The notes below the pieces were generated by a model. It had not been told where the DNA came from. It saw only the letters and a list, made by a program, of their open reading frames with translations, and did not search any database. Positions 15,153 through 23,878 of a stretch of 27,223 nt of DNA are shown piece after piece. Within the stretch, counting starts at the first letter, position 1. Each line of letters begins with the position of its first letter. This DNA comes from Anaerolineae bacterium (lineage in GTDB: Bacteria; Chloroflexota; Anaerolineae; CG2-30-64-16), in contig JALOOE010000014.1 of assembly GCA_025454565.1 (NCBI GenBank), positions 1 to 27,223 on the forward strand. Direction: 5' to 3'. A program made the translations under genes and the position numbers.

Positions 15153-16040
15153 ATGCAAGCTATCCGTCTTCTCGATCACCCCATTGTTGTGCCGCACATG
15201 GACGACCGCATGGGCGCGAACATCAACGGCCCATCGCTGATTCGCGTGCCGGAGTGGATCGAGGCGCCTCTCGGCAAGTACTATCTGTACTTTGCTGCCC
15301 ACAACGATACCTATCTGCGACTGGCATATGCTGATGCCCTATCCGGGCCGTGGCGTATCTACGGCCCGGGCGTGCTGCATCTGGCGCAAACTGCCTTAAG
15401 TCAGCACATCGCTTCCCCCGATGTTCACGTGGATGAACGCGAGCGGCGCATCCGTATGTACTTTCACGGCTGCTGTGTGGAAGGCCCAGTGTCCCAGGTC
15501 ACGTGTGTCGCGACCTCAACCGACGGGCTCCAGTTTACAGCACAGCCAGAACACCTCGGCGCGGCCTACTGGCGCGTGTTCGAGTGGGAAAGCTGGTATT
15601 ATACGCTGGAAATGCCAGGGCAGTTCCGCCGCTCGCGTCATCCTTTGACCGGCTTCGAGCCGGGGCCGCACCTCTTCACGCGGAACATGCGCCACAGCGC
15701 CGTGCTGTTGCGCGGTCACACGCTACACGTCCTGTGGAGCAATGCCGGCGACTGCCCGGAACGCATCTGGTCATGCGCCATTGATCTGCGCCCCGATTGG
15801 TTTGACTGGCAGGCGTCCGCGCCAAGTCTGCTGTTGCAGCCGGAGATGAGTTGGGAAGGCGCTGATCTGCCGTTGGCGCCATCCAAGCGCGGGCTGATCC
15901 TGGAGCGCGCGCGGCAATTGCGCGATCCGGCCATCTTCGAGGAGGATGGCCGGGTCTATCTGCTGTATTCGGTGGCCGGTGAACACGGCATCGCCATCGC
16001 TGAAGTGGCGGACATATCGCCATCGCATACGGAGGTCTGA
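15153..16040 (+). CDS. Conserved hypothetical protein, probable five-bladed beta-propeller glycoside-hydrolase-like fold
   Basis: Blade-like motifs NINGPSLI, KYYLYFA, IASPDVHVD...RIRMYFHG, MRHSAV, LRDPAIFEEDGRVYLLYSVAGEHGIAIA, recalling GH32/43/68/130-type propellers. No signal peptide. Confidence 0.6.
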   Translation: MQAIRLLDHPIVVPHMDDRMGANINGPSLIRVPEWIEAPLGKYYLYFAAHNDTYLRLAYADALSGPWRIYGPGVLHLAQTALSQHIASPDVHVDERERRIRMYFHGCCVEGPVSQVTCVATSTDGLQFTAQPEHLGAAYWRVFEWESWYYTLEMPGQFRRSRHPLTGFEPGPHLFTRNMRHSAVLLRGHTLHVLWSNAGDCPERIWSCAIDLRPDWFDWQASAPSLLLQPEMSWEGADLPLAPSKRGLILERARQLRDPAIFEEDGRVYLLYSVAGEHGIAIAEVADISPSHTEV

Positions 16041-16041
16041 C

Positions 16042-16953
16042 TTGAGTCCATCACTGCGCGGTTACTACGCCATCGCCAATACGCCATTCACCGCGGATGG
16101 CGCCATCATCTGGGCTGATCTCGAACGCGAGTGGGATTTCATCGCCCATTCCGGCAGCCACGGCCTGGTCTGGCCGGTCAACGACAGCGAGTTCTCGCTC
16201 CTGTCCTATCGGGAGCGCGTCGAGGGATTTCGGCGCGTCGTGCAGGTCGTCGGCAACCGCATCCCGGTGGTGCTGGGGGTAGCCGACACCCATGCGTCTG
16301 GCGCAGCCGACTATGCCGAGGCAGCGGCCAAAGCCGGCGCCGATCTGGTGGTCGCCATGCCGCCCTGGCACACCAAGCTCGCCACGCGGCCGCAATATAT
16401 CGCCTACTACCGCGCCATCGCCGACGCCTGCGGCCTGCCCATTTGCATCCAGAACGTCTTCCCGCCGATGGGTTCCGATCTCTCGGCCGAGACGGTAGCA
16501 GCTATCTGTGATGGCGTGCCGCAGGTGCAGTGCATCAAAGAGGAGCGCCTGCCGCAAGGGGACGCGGTGTCGAGCATCATTGACCAAAAAATCCCACAAC
16601 TGAAGGCGATCTTCGGCGGCGGCTGGTGTTTCAGCATGATCGCCCACCACAAGCGAGGCGCGGCCGGCAACATGGCGAGCAGCGCCGTCCCGGAGGTGCA
16701 TGCCCAAATCTGGGATCTCATGGAAGCGGGCCGCGAAGACGAGGCGCGCAAGATTCAGACCCTGTTGAACGAGCTGATGCGCGCTGAAACGTCCATACAA
16801 ACTCTGCACGGCGTCAAGCAATCGCTCGTCCTGCGCGGCATTTTTACTTCGGTCGCCATGCGCAATATTGCGCCGCGGGTGATCGACGCCCCCTACCTGC
16901 GCGAGCTCGAATGGGCGCTGTCGCTCCTGCAACCCTATCTGAAGCCGATCTGA
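16042..16953 (+). CDS. Dihydrodipicolinate synthase (DapA) family lyase/dehydratase
   Basis: TTG start 6 nt after GGAGG. AIANTPFTADG, SEFSLLSYRER, RIPVVLGV, AKAGADLVVAMPP, YYRAIADACGLPICIQN, Schiff-base Lys in CIKEE. Confidence 0.88.
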   Translation: MSPSLRGYYAIANTPFTADGAIIWADLEREWDFIAHSGSHGLVWPVNDSEFSLLSYRERVEGFRRVVQVVGNRIPVVLGVADTHASGAADYAEAAAKAGADLVVAMPPWHTKLATRPQYIAYYRAIADACGLPICIQNVFPPMGSDLSAETVAAICDGVPQVQCIKEERLPQGDAVSSIIDQKIPQLKAIFGGGWCFSMIAHHKRGAAGNMASSAVPEVHAQIWDLMEAGREDEARKIQTLLNELMRAETSIQTLHGVKQSLVLRGIFTSVAMRNIAPRVIDAPYLRELEWALSLLQPYLKPI

Positions 16954-16964
16954 GAGGGAATGCG

Positions 16965-18215
16965 ATGCACGAACTAAAGCTGCTGACAAAAGCCTGGCTC
17001 GGCGACGAGGAGACGAGCTTCCCGCTGCCGGCGGGTTGGGAGGCCACGATCTACGACGCGCCCGGCGCGCCGATGCTCCCCGCGGCCGCCATCGGCGAAG
17101 CACTGGCGCGTCCACTGGGCTGCCGGCGCCTGGCCGAAACGGCCGCGGGCAAGCGCAGCGCGGCGATCGTCGTGGACGATCTGACGCGGCCGACGCCGGC
17201 CGGCGAGGTGATCCCGTTCATCCTCGCCGAGCTTCACGCCGCCGGGATGCCGGACGAGGGCATTGCTTTCGTGGTCGGCGTGGGGACGCACCGGTCGGTC
17301 ACCGCCGAGGAGGCCGCCAGGAAGGTGGGCGCCGACATCGCAGCCCGTTATCCGGTCATCTGCCACGAAGCGTTCAGTGGCGACCTGATCGGGCTGGGGA
17401 ACCTGGACGACGGCACGCCGCTCTATCTTTCCGAGGTGGTCGTACGTGCGGATGTCCGCATCTTCATCACCAGTGTGATCCCACACAGCGGCGCCGGCTT
17501 CGGCGGCGGCGCCAAGCTGGTGTTGCCTGGGGTGGCCGGCTATGTGAGCACGCACTACAACCATCGGCAGTTGCCCAAGCGGCCGCGGGGCTTGCTGGCC
17601 CACGCAAGCCCCGACGATCTGCGCGACGGCGCGGTGAAGGCGGCGCGGCGGCTGGGCGTAGACATGAGTGTGAACGTGGTCTGTGACACGCGCCGCCGGA
17701 TCGTCGGCGTCTTCGCCGGCGATATCGAGGAGGCGCACGATGCGGCCTGCCGCTATGGTTACGGGGTCTACGAGACGCCGATCCCGAAGGCCGTTGCCCA
17801 GGCGACCGACATCCTCATCATTGACAGCTATCCTCAGGACAACGATACGCAGTGCTTCTACAAGTCGCTCTGGCCGCGCGACTATTTCCCCAACGCGTAT
17901 CACGTGATGATCAACCCCTGTACTGACCGCATCTGGTATCACGGGCTGACGCTGGGGATGGATTATGCGCGCTTCCTGCGGCTGGAGGCGCAGCGGCCGC
18001 CGGCTCCGCCGCGACCCAGGCCCCCGATCGGGCAGCGGGGGCAACTGCTCACCCTTTCGGAGGGCTATCCGCCCGAAGAATACTACAAACGCTATCCCGA
18101 CGCCGTGCTGTACACCGCGTGGCAGGAACTGATGGATGACCTGGCCCGTGTCTGCCCGCAGGCGAAAGTGGCGGTGATCCCATGTGCGCCGCTCCAGATG
18201 ATCCGTCTGGAGTGA
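16965..18215 (+). CDS. LarA-family (nickel-pincer-nucleotide-dependent) 2-hydroxyacid racemase/epimerase
   Basis: IVVDDLTRPTP, GVGTHR, PHSGAGFGGGAKLVLPGVAG....HYNH. The His, Lys(+10) and His(+16 from Lys) spacing equals that of His174/Lys184/His200 in L. plantarum LarA. Confidence 0.88.
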   Translation: MHELKLLTKAWLGDEETSFPLPAGWEATIYDAPGAPMLPAAAIGEALARPLGCRRLAETAAGKRSAAIVVDDLTRPTPAGEVIPFILAELHAAGMPDEGIAFVVGVGTHRSVTAEEAARKVGADIAARYPVICHEAFSGDLIGLGNLDDGTPLYLSEVVVRADVRIFITSVIPHSGAGFGGGAKLVLPGVAGYVSTHYNHRQLPKRPRGLLAHASPDDLRDGAVKAARRLGVDMSVNVVCDTRRRIVGVFAGDIEEAHDAACRYGYGVYETPIPKAVAQATDILIIDSYPQDNDTQCFYKSLWPRDYFPNAYHVMINPCTDRIWYHGLTLGMDYARFLRLEAQRPPAPPRPRPPIGQRGQLLTLSEGYPPEEYYKRYPDAVLYTAWQELMDDLARVCPQAKVAVIPCAPLQMIRLE

Positions 18216-18231
18216 GGTCAGGAGAAAGACG

Positions 18232-18570
18232 ATGAAGTGGCAAGCGATTGTGATCCATCCCAGCGATGACGTCGCCACGGCGATCACCGAACTGAAAGCC
18301 GGTGCATGCGTGCAGGTCGAAGTGACGGGGCGTTTGCTGGAGGTCACGCTGCGGGACGACATCGCGTTCGGGCACAAGTTCGCATTGCATGATCTGAACG
18401 CGGGCGACCAGATTCTCAAATACGGAATGCCTATCCTCAAGGCACAGCAGCCGATCCGCGCCGGCGAGTGGGTGCATACGCACAATGGTCGCAGCGACCG
18501 GTGGGGACCGCAGAACGAAGATAGCGTCATCTTCATGGCGCCGACTGGGCCCCAAAAGGAGCCAGCATGA
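18232..18570 (+). CDS. UxaA/GarD-family dehydratase small subunit (SAF domain)
   Basis: IHPSDDVATA, IAFGHKFAL.DL..GD.ILKYG.PI..A...I.AGEWVHTHN. Overlaps the large subunit by 4 nt (ATGA). Confidence 0.9.
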   Translation: MKWQAIVIHPSDDVATAITELKAGACVQVEVTGRLLEVTLRDDIAFGHKFALHDLNAGDQILKYGMPILKAQQPIRAGEWVHTHNGRSDRWGPQNEDSVIFMAPTGPQKEPA

Positions 18571-19697
18571 CACAAGAGATCCTGGGCTATCTGAGGCCCG
18601 ATGGGCAGATCGGCATCCGCAACAAGGTGGCAATCATCTTCACGGTGGATTGTTCGAAGTTCGTCGCCGAGAAGATCCACCGGCTGTTCCCTGAACAGAC
18701 GCAGGTATTCGGGATCCCCAGAGGGTGCGTCTTCAAGCCGGGGGCAGTCAACAAGATCGTGGCCTTGGGCAAACATTCGCAGTACGGGGGCGTCCTGGTG
18801 GTCGGGTTGACGTGCGAGGCCACAGAAGCCTACACCGTAGCCAACCGCATCGCCGAATCGGGGAAAGCCGTCGAAGCGATCAAGATCGGTGACGACGGCG
18901 GCGATCTGAAGGCGATCGAAAAGGGCAGCCGCATCATGCTGCGCCTCTTGCAGCACACCTCGTTGGCCGAACGCGTCAAGCTGACGCCGGCCGATCTGAT
19001 CGTGGGCGCCGAGTGCGGCGGCTCCGATGCGACCTCCGGCATCGCAGCCAATCCGGCGGTCGGCGTGGCGGCCGATATGCTGATTGACGCTGGCGGCACC
19101 TTCATGCACTCGGAGGAAAAAGAACTGATGGGGTGCGGCGACGTGTTGGCGGCGCGCGCGATCAACGGTGCGGTGGCGCACGACATCAAGAGCCTGATCG
19201 AGAAGGTGGAGCAGGAATGCTTTGCCATCGGCCGGTTCGGTTACGGCTTCGGCAATCGTCTGGGCGGGCTGAGCAGCATCGAGGAGAAGTCATATGGCGC
19301 GTTAGCGAAGTCGGGCAGCCGGCCGTTGCAGGGCGTGCTGCACACCTTCCAGCGGCCCCCGCATAAGGGTTACTGGATCCAGTACGGCGAGCCAGACGCC
19401 GTCACCTTCCACGGCGATCCCGATGGTCTGAACCAGCGCATGGCCTGCGGCGCGCACCTGAATCTGTTCACGACGGGCTGTGGCTCGACAACCGGCTCCC
19501 TCGGCCCTGTGATCAAGGTGATCGCGAACCCGCACCGCCGCCAGTTGATCGAAGACAACGCTGATGTTGATGCGTCGGGCATCATCTTGGGCGAGAAGAC
19601 GATCCAGGAGGTGGGGCGGGAGATCTATGCCGAAATCCTGGCCGTGGCCGTAGGCAAGCTGACCAAGTCCGAGATCCATGGGCACTATGAGGCATAG
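18567..19697 (+). CDS. UxaA/GarD-family sugar-acid dehydratase large subunit
   Basis: GYLRPDGQIGIRN, GGVLVVGLTCE, GAECGGSDATSGIAANPAVG..AD, GN.LGGLSSIEEKS.G, GAHLNLFTTGCGS, PVIKV, DVDASGI, GKLTKSE..GH. Confidence 0.88.
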   Translation: MTQEILGYLRPDGQIGIRNKVAIIFTVDCSKFVAEKIHRLFPEQTQVFGIPRGCVFKPGAVNKIVALGKHSQYGGVLVVGLTCEATEAYTVANRIAESGKAVEAIKIGDDGGDLKAIEKGSRIMLRLLQHTSLAERVKLTPADLIVGAECGGSDATSGIAANPAVGVAADMLIDAGGTFMHSEEKELMGCGDVLAARAINGAVAHDIKSLIEKVEQECFAIGRFGYGFGNRLGGLSSIEEKSYGALAKSGSRPLQGVLHTFQRPPHKGYWIQYGEPDAVTFHGDPDGLNQRMACGAHLNLFTTGCGSTTGSLGPVIKVIANPHRRQLIEDNADVDASGIILGEKTIQEVGREIYAEILAVAVGKLTKSEIHGHYEA

Positions 19698-19727
19698 GAC
19701 GCGGCGTTGGAGCCGTTGGATGGCACA

Positions 19728-20678
19728 ATGACCCATCTTCAAATCGTTGGCCTGGGCCAAGCGACTCTGGATGTGTTGCTGCGACTGCGGGACTTGCCGA
19801 CTTGGGAGACTTACACGCGGCTACAAGGGTTCGGTTTGGAGGGCGGCGGCCCGGCGGCGACGGCTCTGGTGGCTGCTGCCAAACTGGGCGCGCGCGTGGG
19901 CTTCGTCGGCACGGCCGGCAATGACGCCGCCGCCGAGAGCAAGCTGCGCTCGATGCGCGCATGCGGCGTGGATCTGAGCCGGCTGGTGGTGCGTGCGGCG
20001 CCGGAAGGGCAGGTGACGGGGGTCTTCGTCCACAGCGAAACCGGCGAACGCACTTTCGCCTTGATGACCGGGCCAGAGGAGCACTTGTTGCGGGTTGACG
20101 AACTGGATCGCGACTACATCGAATCAGCGGACTATCTTCACCTGGATGGGTTTCATGCACAAGCCGCGTTGCAGGCCGCCCGGTGGATGCGCGCGGCGGG
20201 CAAACAGGTGGTGCTCGACGGACATCGGACGACGGGCCCGATCAAGCCGCACATGGCCGCATTGGTCGAGCACGTCGATATCCTGATCAGCGGCGCTGGT
20301 TTCGTGCAGGCGCTCACCGGCATCTCAGATACGCTCGCAGCCGGCGCGGCTGCGCTCCGCTTTGGCCCTCGTCTCGTCGTGCAGACGGAGGGCGCCGGCG
20401 GCAGCTACACCGTCACAGCGCACGATCGTTTTCACACGCCGGCCTTTGAGGTGGCCGTTCTCGACACCACGGGAGCGGGCGATGTGTTTCATGGCGCGTA
20501 TATCGTGGGACTGCTACATGGCTGGGATCTACGTGATATCGCGCAATTTGCGACCGCGGTCGCTGCGATCAAATGCGGCAAGCTTGGGGGACGCGCGGGC
20601 ATTCCATCCCTCAAGGAAACGCAGGTATTTCTGAAAGCTCGTGGCGTCGAACTGGGCGTCTCCGGCGCCACCACATGA
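19728..20678 (+). CDS. PfkB-family carbohydrate kinase
   Basis: GGGPAATALVAAAKLGARVGFVG..GND and PAFEVAVLDTTGAGDVFHGAY...AAIKC.KLGGRAGIP. Confidence 0.92.
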   Translation: MTHLQIVGLGQATLDVLLRLRDLPTWETYTRLQGFGLEGGGPAATALVAAAKLGARVGFVGTAGNDAAAESKLRSMRACGVDLSRLVVRAAPEGQVTGVFVHSETGERTFALMTGPEEHLLRVDELDRDYIESADYLHLDGFHAQAALQAARWMRAAGKQVVLDGHRTTGPIKPHMAALVEHVDILISGAGFVQALTGISDTLAAGAAALRFGPRLVVQTEGAGGSYTVTAHDRFHTPAFEVAVLDTTGAGDVFHGAYIVGLLHGWDLRDIAQFATAVAAIKCGKLGGRAGIPSLKETQVFLKARGVELGVSGATT

Positions 20679-20692
20679 GGTAAAGAGGCAGC

Positions 20693-21556
20693 ATGGCACT
20701 TGACTCGATGTTGACAGAATTGAAAAAGGCGCAGCAGAACCGTTACGGCATCCCCTCTTTCAACACATTCGATTCGCGCGGCGCCGACGGCATCTTCGCA
20801 GCGTTGGCGGAGAAGCGCGCACCGGGCATCGTGGCGATCTATTCCGGGGTGTTCGACCAGCCGCAAGGCGGCGCGCTGACGGCCTACGTCCGCAAGCTGG
20901 CCGAGCAGGCGCCAGGGCCGGTGGCGGTGCTTCTGGATCATGGCGCCAGCTTCGAACACTGCGTCAAGGCGCTGACGCTCGGTTGCACCGATGTGATGTT
21001 CGACGGCTCCAAGCTCCCGCTCGAGGAGAACATCGCGACGACCAAACTGGTTGTGCGAGCAGCGCACAAGGTGGGCGCGTCAGTCGAGGCCGAGCTGGGG
21101 CATGTGGGCCGCGGATCAGAGTATCGAAGCTTCGGATTGCTGCGCAAGGGCTTCACCAAGCCGGATGAAGTCGAACGCTTCGTGGCTGAGACGGGCGTGG
21201 ACGCGCTGGCGATCGCCATCGGTACGGCACACGGCAAGTACGAATGTGAGCCGCAACTGGCGCTCGACTTGTTGACCGACATCCGGCAGCGCGTCGCTGT
21301 GCCGCTGGTGCTGCACGGCGGCTCAGGATTGGCGGCCGAGCAGTTCCGCGCGGCGATCGCCGGCGGCATCTCTAAGGTCAATATTTTCACAGCGATGGCG
21401 GAGGCTGCAACCGAAAGCATGGTGGATGCGGCGCGGGCCGATGCGCCTTCCTACTTCGGGATCACGACCAGGATCACCGAAGCATTCAAGGAACGCTGCG
21501 CGGCGCATCTGGACATCTTCGGCGCCACTGGACGCGCCGCTGATGGACGGCTCTAA
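20693..21556 (+). CDS. fba: Class II (metal-dependent) ketose-bisphosphate aldolase
   Basis: YGIPSFN, LLDHG, TDVMFDGS.LP.EEN, VEAELGHVG, AIAIGTAHGKY, PLVLHGGSG, GISKVNI. Could be a fructose- or tagatose-bisphosphate type or act on another substrate. Confidence 0.9.
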   Translation: MALDSMLTELKKAQQNRYGIPSFNTFDSRGADGIFAALAEKRAPGIVAIYSGVFDQPQGGALTAYVRKLAEQAPGPVAVLLDHGASFEHCVKALTLGCTDVMFDGSKLPLEENIATTKLVVRAAHKVGASVEAELGHVGRGSEYRSFGLLRKGFTKPDEVERFVAETGVDALAIAIGTAHGKYECEPQLALDLLTDIRQRVAVPLVLHGGSGLAAEQFRAAIAGGISKVNIFTAMAEAATESMVDAARADAPSYFGITTRITEAFKERCAAHLDIFGATGRAADGRL

Positions 21557-21566
21557 GGATGGAGAC

Positions 21567-22778
21567 ATGAATACCTTGCGCGCTATCCACTCGGCCTTCG
21601 AGCGTAGCGAAGGCATCCTGCGGCTGGCCCCGAACTGGGTGCCCCGGCTCAGCAACACGCCCGGCCGACGCCTGCGCCTGCACCCGGACGACTACTTCAC
21701 ATTGGGAATGCAGCGCGGGGCTATCAAAGAGCGCTGGTTTTGCTCCAGCGTACACGCCAACGGCGCGGCGGCGCCCGCGGATGAGGGCATGAGCTACGTC
21801 GCACTATCCGACCGCCAGGAAGATAAGCGCCTGTTCCGGGATGTCGTGGACGAGTTGGGGCCGGCGCTCATCGGCGATGAGCTATACCGGCGTCATGGCA
21901 CCTGGCCGATGTTCAGCAAATTCTATGACTATGACGGGCGGCTAGCGTTCCACATCCACCCCGACGATGCAGCCTCGGCCCAGGTGGGCATGTTGGGTAA
22001 GCCGGAGGCGTACTACTTTCCGTTCCAACTCAACGATCATCTCGGTCAGTTTCCCGTCACCTACTTCGGTTTCGACCCGGATGTTACGCGTGAGCAGGTC
22101 AAGGAGCGCTTGCTGCAATTCGAGTCGGCGGACAATCGCATCACTGAGCTTTCCAGGGGGTATCGGATCCAACTGGGCACCGGCTGGTATACTCCGCCCG
22201 GCGTGGTTCATGCGCCCGGTTCTGTGCTGACCTACGAGCCGCAGTGCAACAGCGATATCGGCTCGGCGCAGGAGAACGTGGTGAACGGCGTGGTCGTGCC
22301 CTATCGCTCCCTGGTGAGCAGTTGCCCGGACGACAAGAAGCACGATATTGACTACATCATGAGCTTGATGGACTGGGAGAGGAACGTTGATCCCCATTAT
22401 CGGCGGCGCTATTTCCGGCCGTCGATCCCCTGCCCAACCGTTGACGACCGCTACCGCGAACAGTGGATAACTTATGGGAATGATCATTTCGGCGCGAAGG
22501 AGTTGACCGTACTGCCCGGCCAGAGCGTCGTGGTGAAGGATCGCGTGGCGTTCGGCTGCATCCTGATTCAAGGGCACGGCCAGTTCGGGGTGCATGACGC
22601 CGAAGCAGCCATCATGCTTCGCTATGGGCAGATGAGCGCCGACGAGTATTTTGTGAGTGAAGCGGCCGCCCAGGCCGGCATCCCCATCACAAACCACAGC
22701 CGCTGGGAGCCGATGGTCTTGCTGAAGCACTTCGCCGCGAACCACCCCCACATGCCGCCGGCGCCCAGCGATGACTGA
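21567..22778 (+). CDS. Conserved protein with phosphomannose-isomerase-like cupin motifs (putative sugar or sugar-phosphate isomerase)
   Basis: GILRLAPNWVPR...PGRRLRLHPDDY, WPMFSKFYD, FHIHP...GKPEAYYF and GTGWY.PPGVVHAPGS..TYEPQ give the H-x-H/E/H metal-ligand pattern of PMI-type cupins. Confidence 0.62.
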   Translation: MNTLRAIHSAFERSEGILRLAPNWVPRLSNTPGRRLRLHPDDYFTLGMQRGAIKERWFCSSVHANGAAAPADEGMSYVALSDRQEDKRLFRDVVDELGPALIGDELYRRHGTWPMFSKFYDYDGRLAFHIHPDDAASAQVGMLGKPEAYYFPFQLNDHLGQFPVTYFGFDPDVTREQVKERLLQFESADNRITELSRGYRIQLGTGWYTPPGVVHAPGSVLTYEPQCNSDIGSAQENVVNGVVVPYRSLVSSCPDDKKHDIDYIMSLMDWERNVDPHYRRRYFRPSIPCPTVDDRYREQWITYGNDHFGAKELTVLPGQSVVVKDRVAFGCILIQGHGQFGVHDAEAAIMLRYGQMSADEYFVSEAAAQAGIPITNHSRWEPMVLLKHFAANHPHMPPAPSDD

Positions 22779-22789
22779 AGGAGGCGCCG

Positions 22790-23878
22790 ATGCGCATCAC
22801 TGAACAGCCCTGGGGTAGAACACAGGATGGCCAGGCGGTTAGCCTCTACACGCTCAGTAATGCGAACGGGATGCAGGCTCAGATCGCCAACTATGGCGGC
22901 GCCGTCGTCTCACTCACCGCGCCGGATCGTCACGGACGTTGGATTGACGCGGTCTTGGGCTTCGACACGCTGGTCAGCTATCTCACGCCCAAGCCGCATC
23001 CCTATCTGGGGGTCGTAGTAGGCCGCTATGGCAACCGTATCGCCAACGGCCGGTTCACGCTGAACGGCGTGGCGTATGTCCTGGCGCAAAACAATGGCCT
23101 GAATCACCTGCATGGCGGGATCAATGGTTTCGACCGCGTGGTGTGGCAGGCGCGCAGCATGTCGAGCGCCGAGGGGCCGCGCCTGGAAATGGCTTACTTG
23201 AGTAAGGATGGCGAAGAAGGCTACCCCGGCAACCTATCGGTCACCTTGAGCTATACTTTGACCAGCGACAACGCGCTCAAGATCGCGTATGATGCCATCA
23301 CCGACAAAGACACGGTGCTCAACCTCACCAACCACTCATATTTCAATCTGGCGGGCGCGGCCGCAGGCGATATCCTGGGGCATGAAATCCAGATCAATGC
23401 CGATTACTTCACACCCGTGACCGGGGACTCGATCCCGACCGGGGAGCTGCGGGCCGTCAAAGGCACACCGATGGATTTCACCCGGCGCACGGCCATCGGC
23501 CTGCGTATTGGTCAGGACGACGAGCAGTTGGCGTTTGGTGGTGGGTACGATCACAATTGGGTGCTCAATGATCGCGATTGGCGGACCGAGAAAGCGGTCG
23601 AATTGTACGAGCCGGCGACCGGTCGCGTGATGGAAGTCTACACATCCGAGCCAGGCGTGCAGTTGTACACGGGCAACAACCTGGCGGGCAACGTGATCGG
23701 TCGGGGCGGAATCACGTACCACAAACACCAGGGGCTCTGCCTGGAGACGCAGCACTTCCCTGACTCGCCCCACCATCCGCACTTCCCATGCACGGTGCTC
23801 CGATCGGGCGAGCGCTATACCTCCACCACGATCTACAAATTCCTGGCAAGCTATAGTGCGTCAGATAAAGATTCGTAG
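22790..23878 (+). CDS. galM: Aldose 1-epimerase (mutarotase)
   Basis: VGRYGNRIA, NHLHGG..GFD, DGEEGYPGNL, NLTNHSYFNL, GYDHNW, PGVQLYTGN, CLETQHFPDSP. Confidence 0.93.
   Translation: MRITEQPWGRTQDGQAVSLYTLSNANGMQAQIANYGGAVVSLTAPDRHGRWIDAVLGFDTLVSYLTPKPHPYLGVVVGRYGNRIANGRFTLNGVAYVLAQNNGLNHLHGGINGFDRVVWQARSMSSAEGPRLEMAYLSKDGEEGYPGNLSVTLSYTLTSDNALKIAYDAITDKDTVLNLTNHSYFNLAGAAAGDILGHEIQINADYFTPVTGDSIPTGELRAVKGTPMDFTRRTAIGLRIGQDDEQLAFGGGYDHNWVLNDRDWRTEKAVELYEPATGRVMEVYTSEPGVQLYTGNNLAGNVIGRGGITYHKHQGLCLETQHFPDSPHHPHFPCTVLRSGERYTSTTIYKFLASYSASDKDS

Noticed and set aside
16042-16953. Call as dapA (lysine biosynthesis)
   Set aside because: It lacks the GTTGE motif (PVNDSE instead) and the catalytic Tyr, and it sits in a catabolic cluster.
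16974-19181. 735-aa minus-strand ORF
   Set aside because: Antisense shadow of the larA-like and uxaA-like genes in high-GC DNA; Arg/Gly-rich with no motifs.
18232-19697. Firm call as sulfolactate sulfo-lyase SuyAB
   Set aside because: The split architecture fits, but the CGGSD.TSG motif is UxaA/GarD-like, so only a family-level call is supported.
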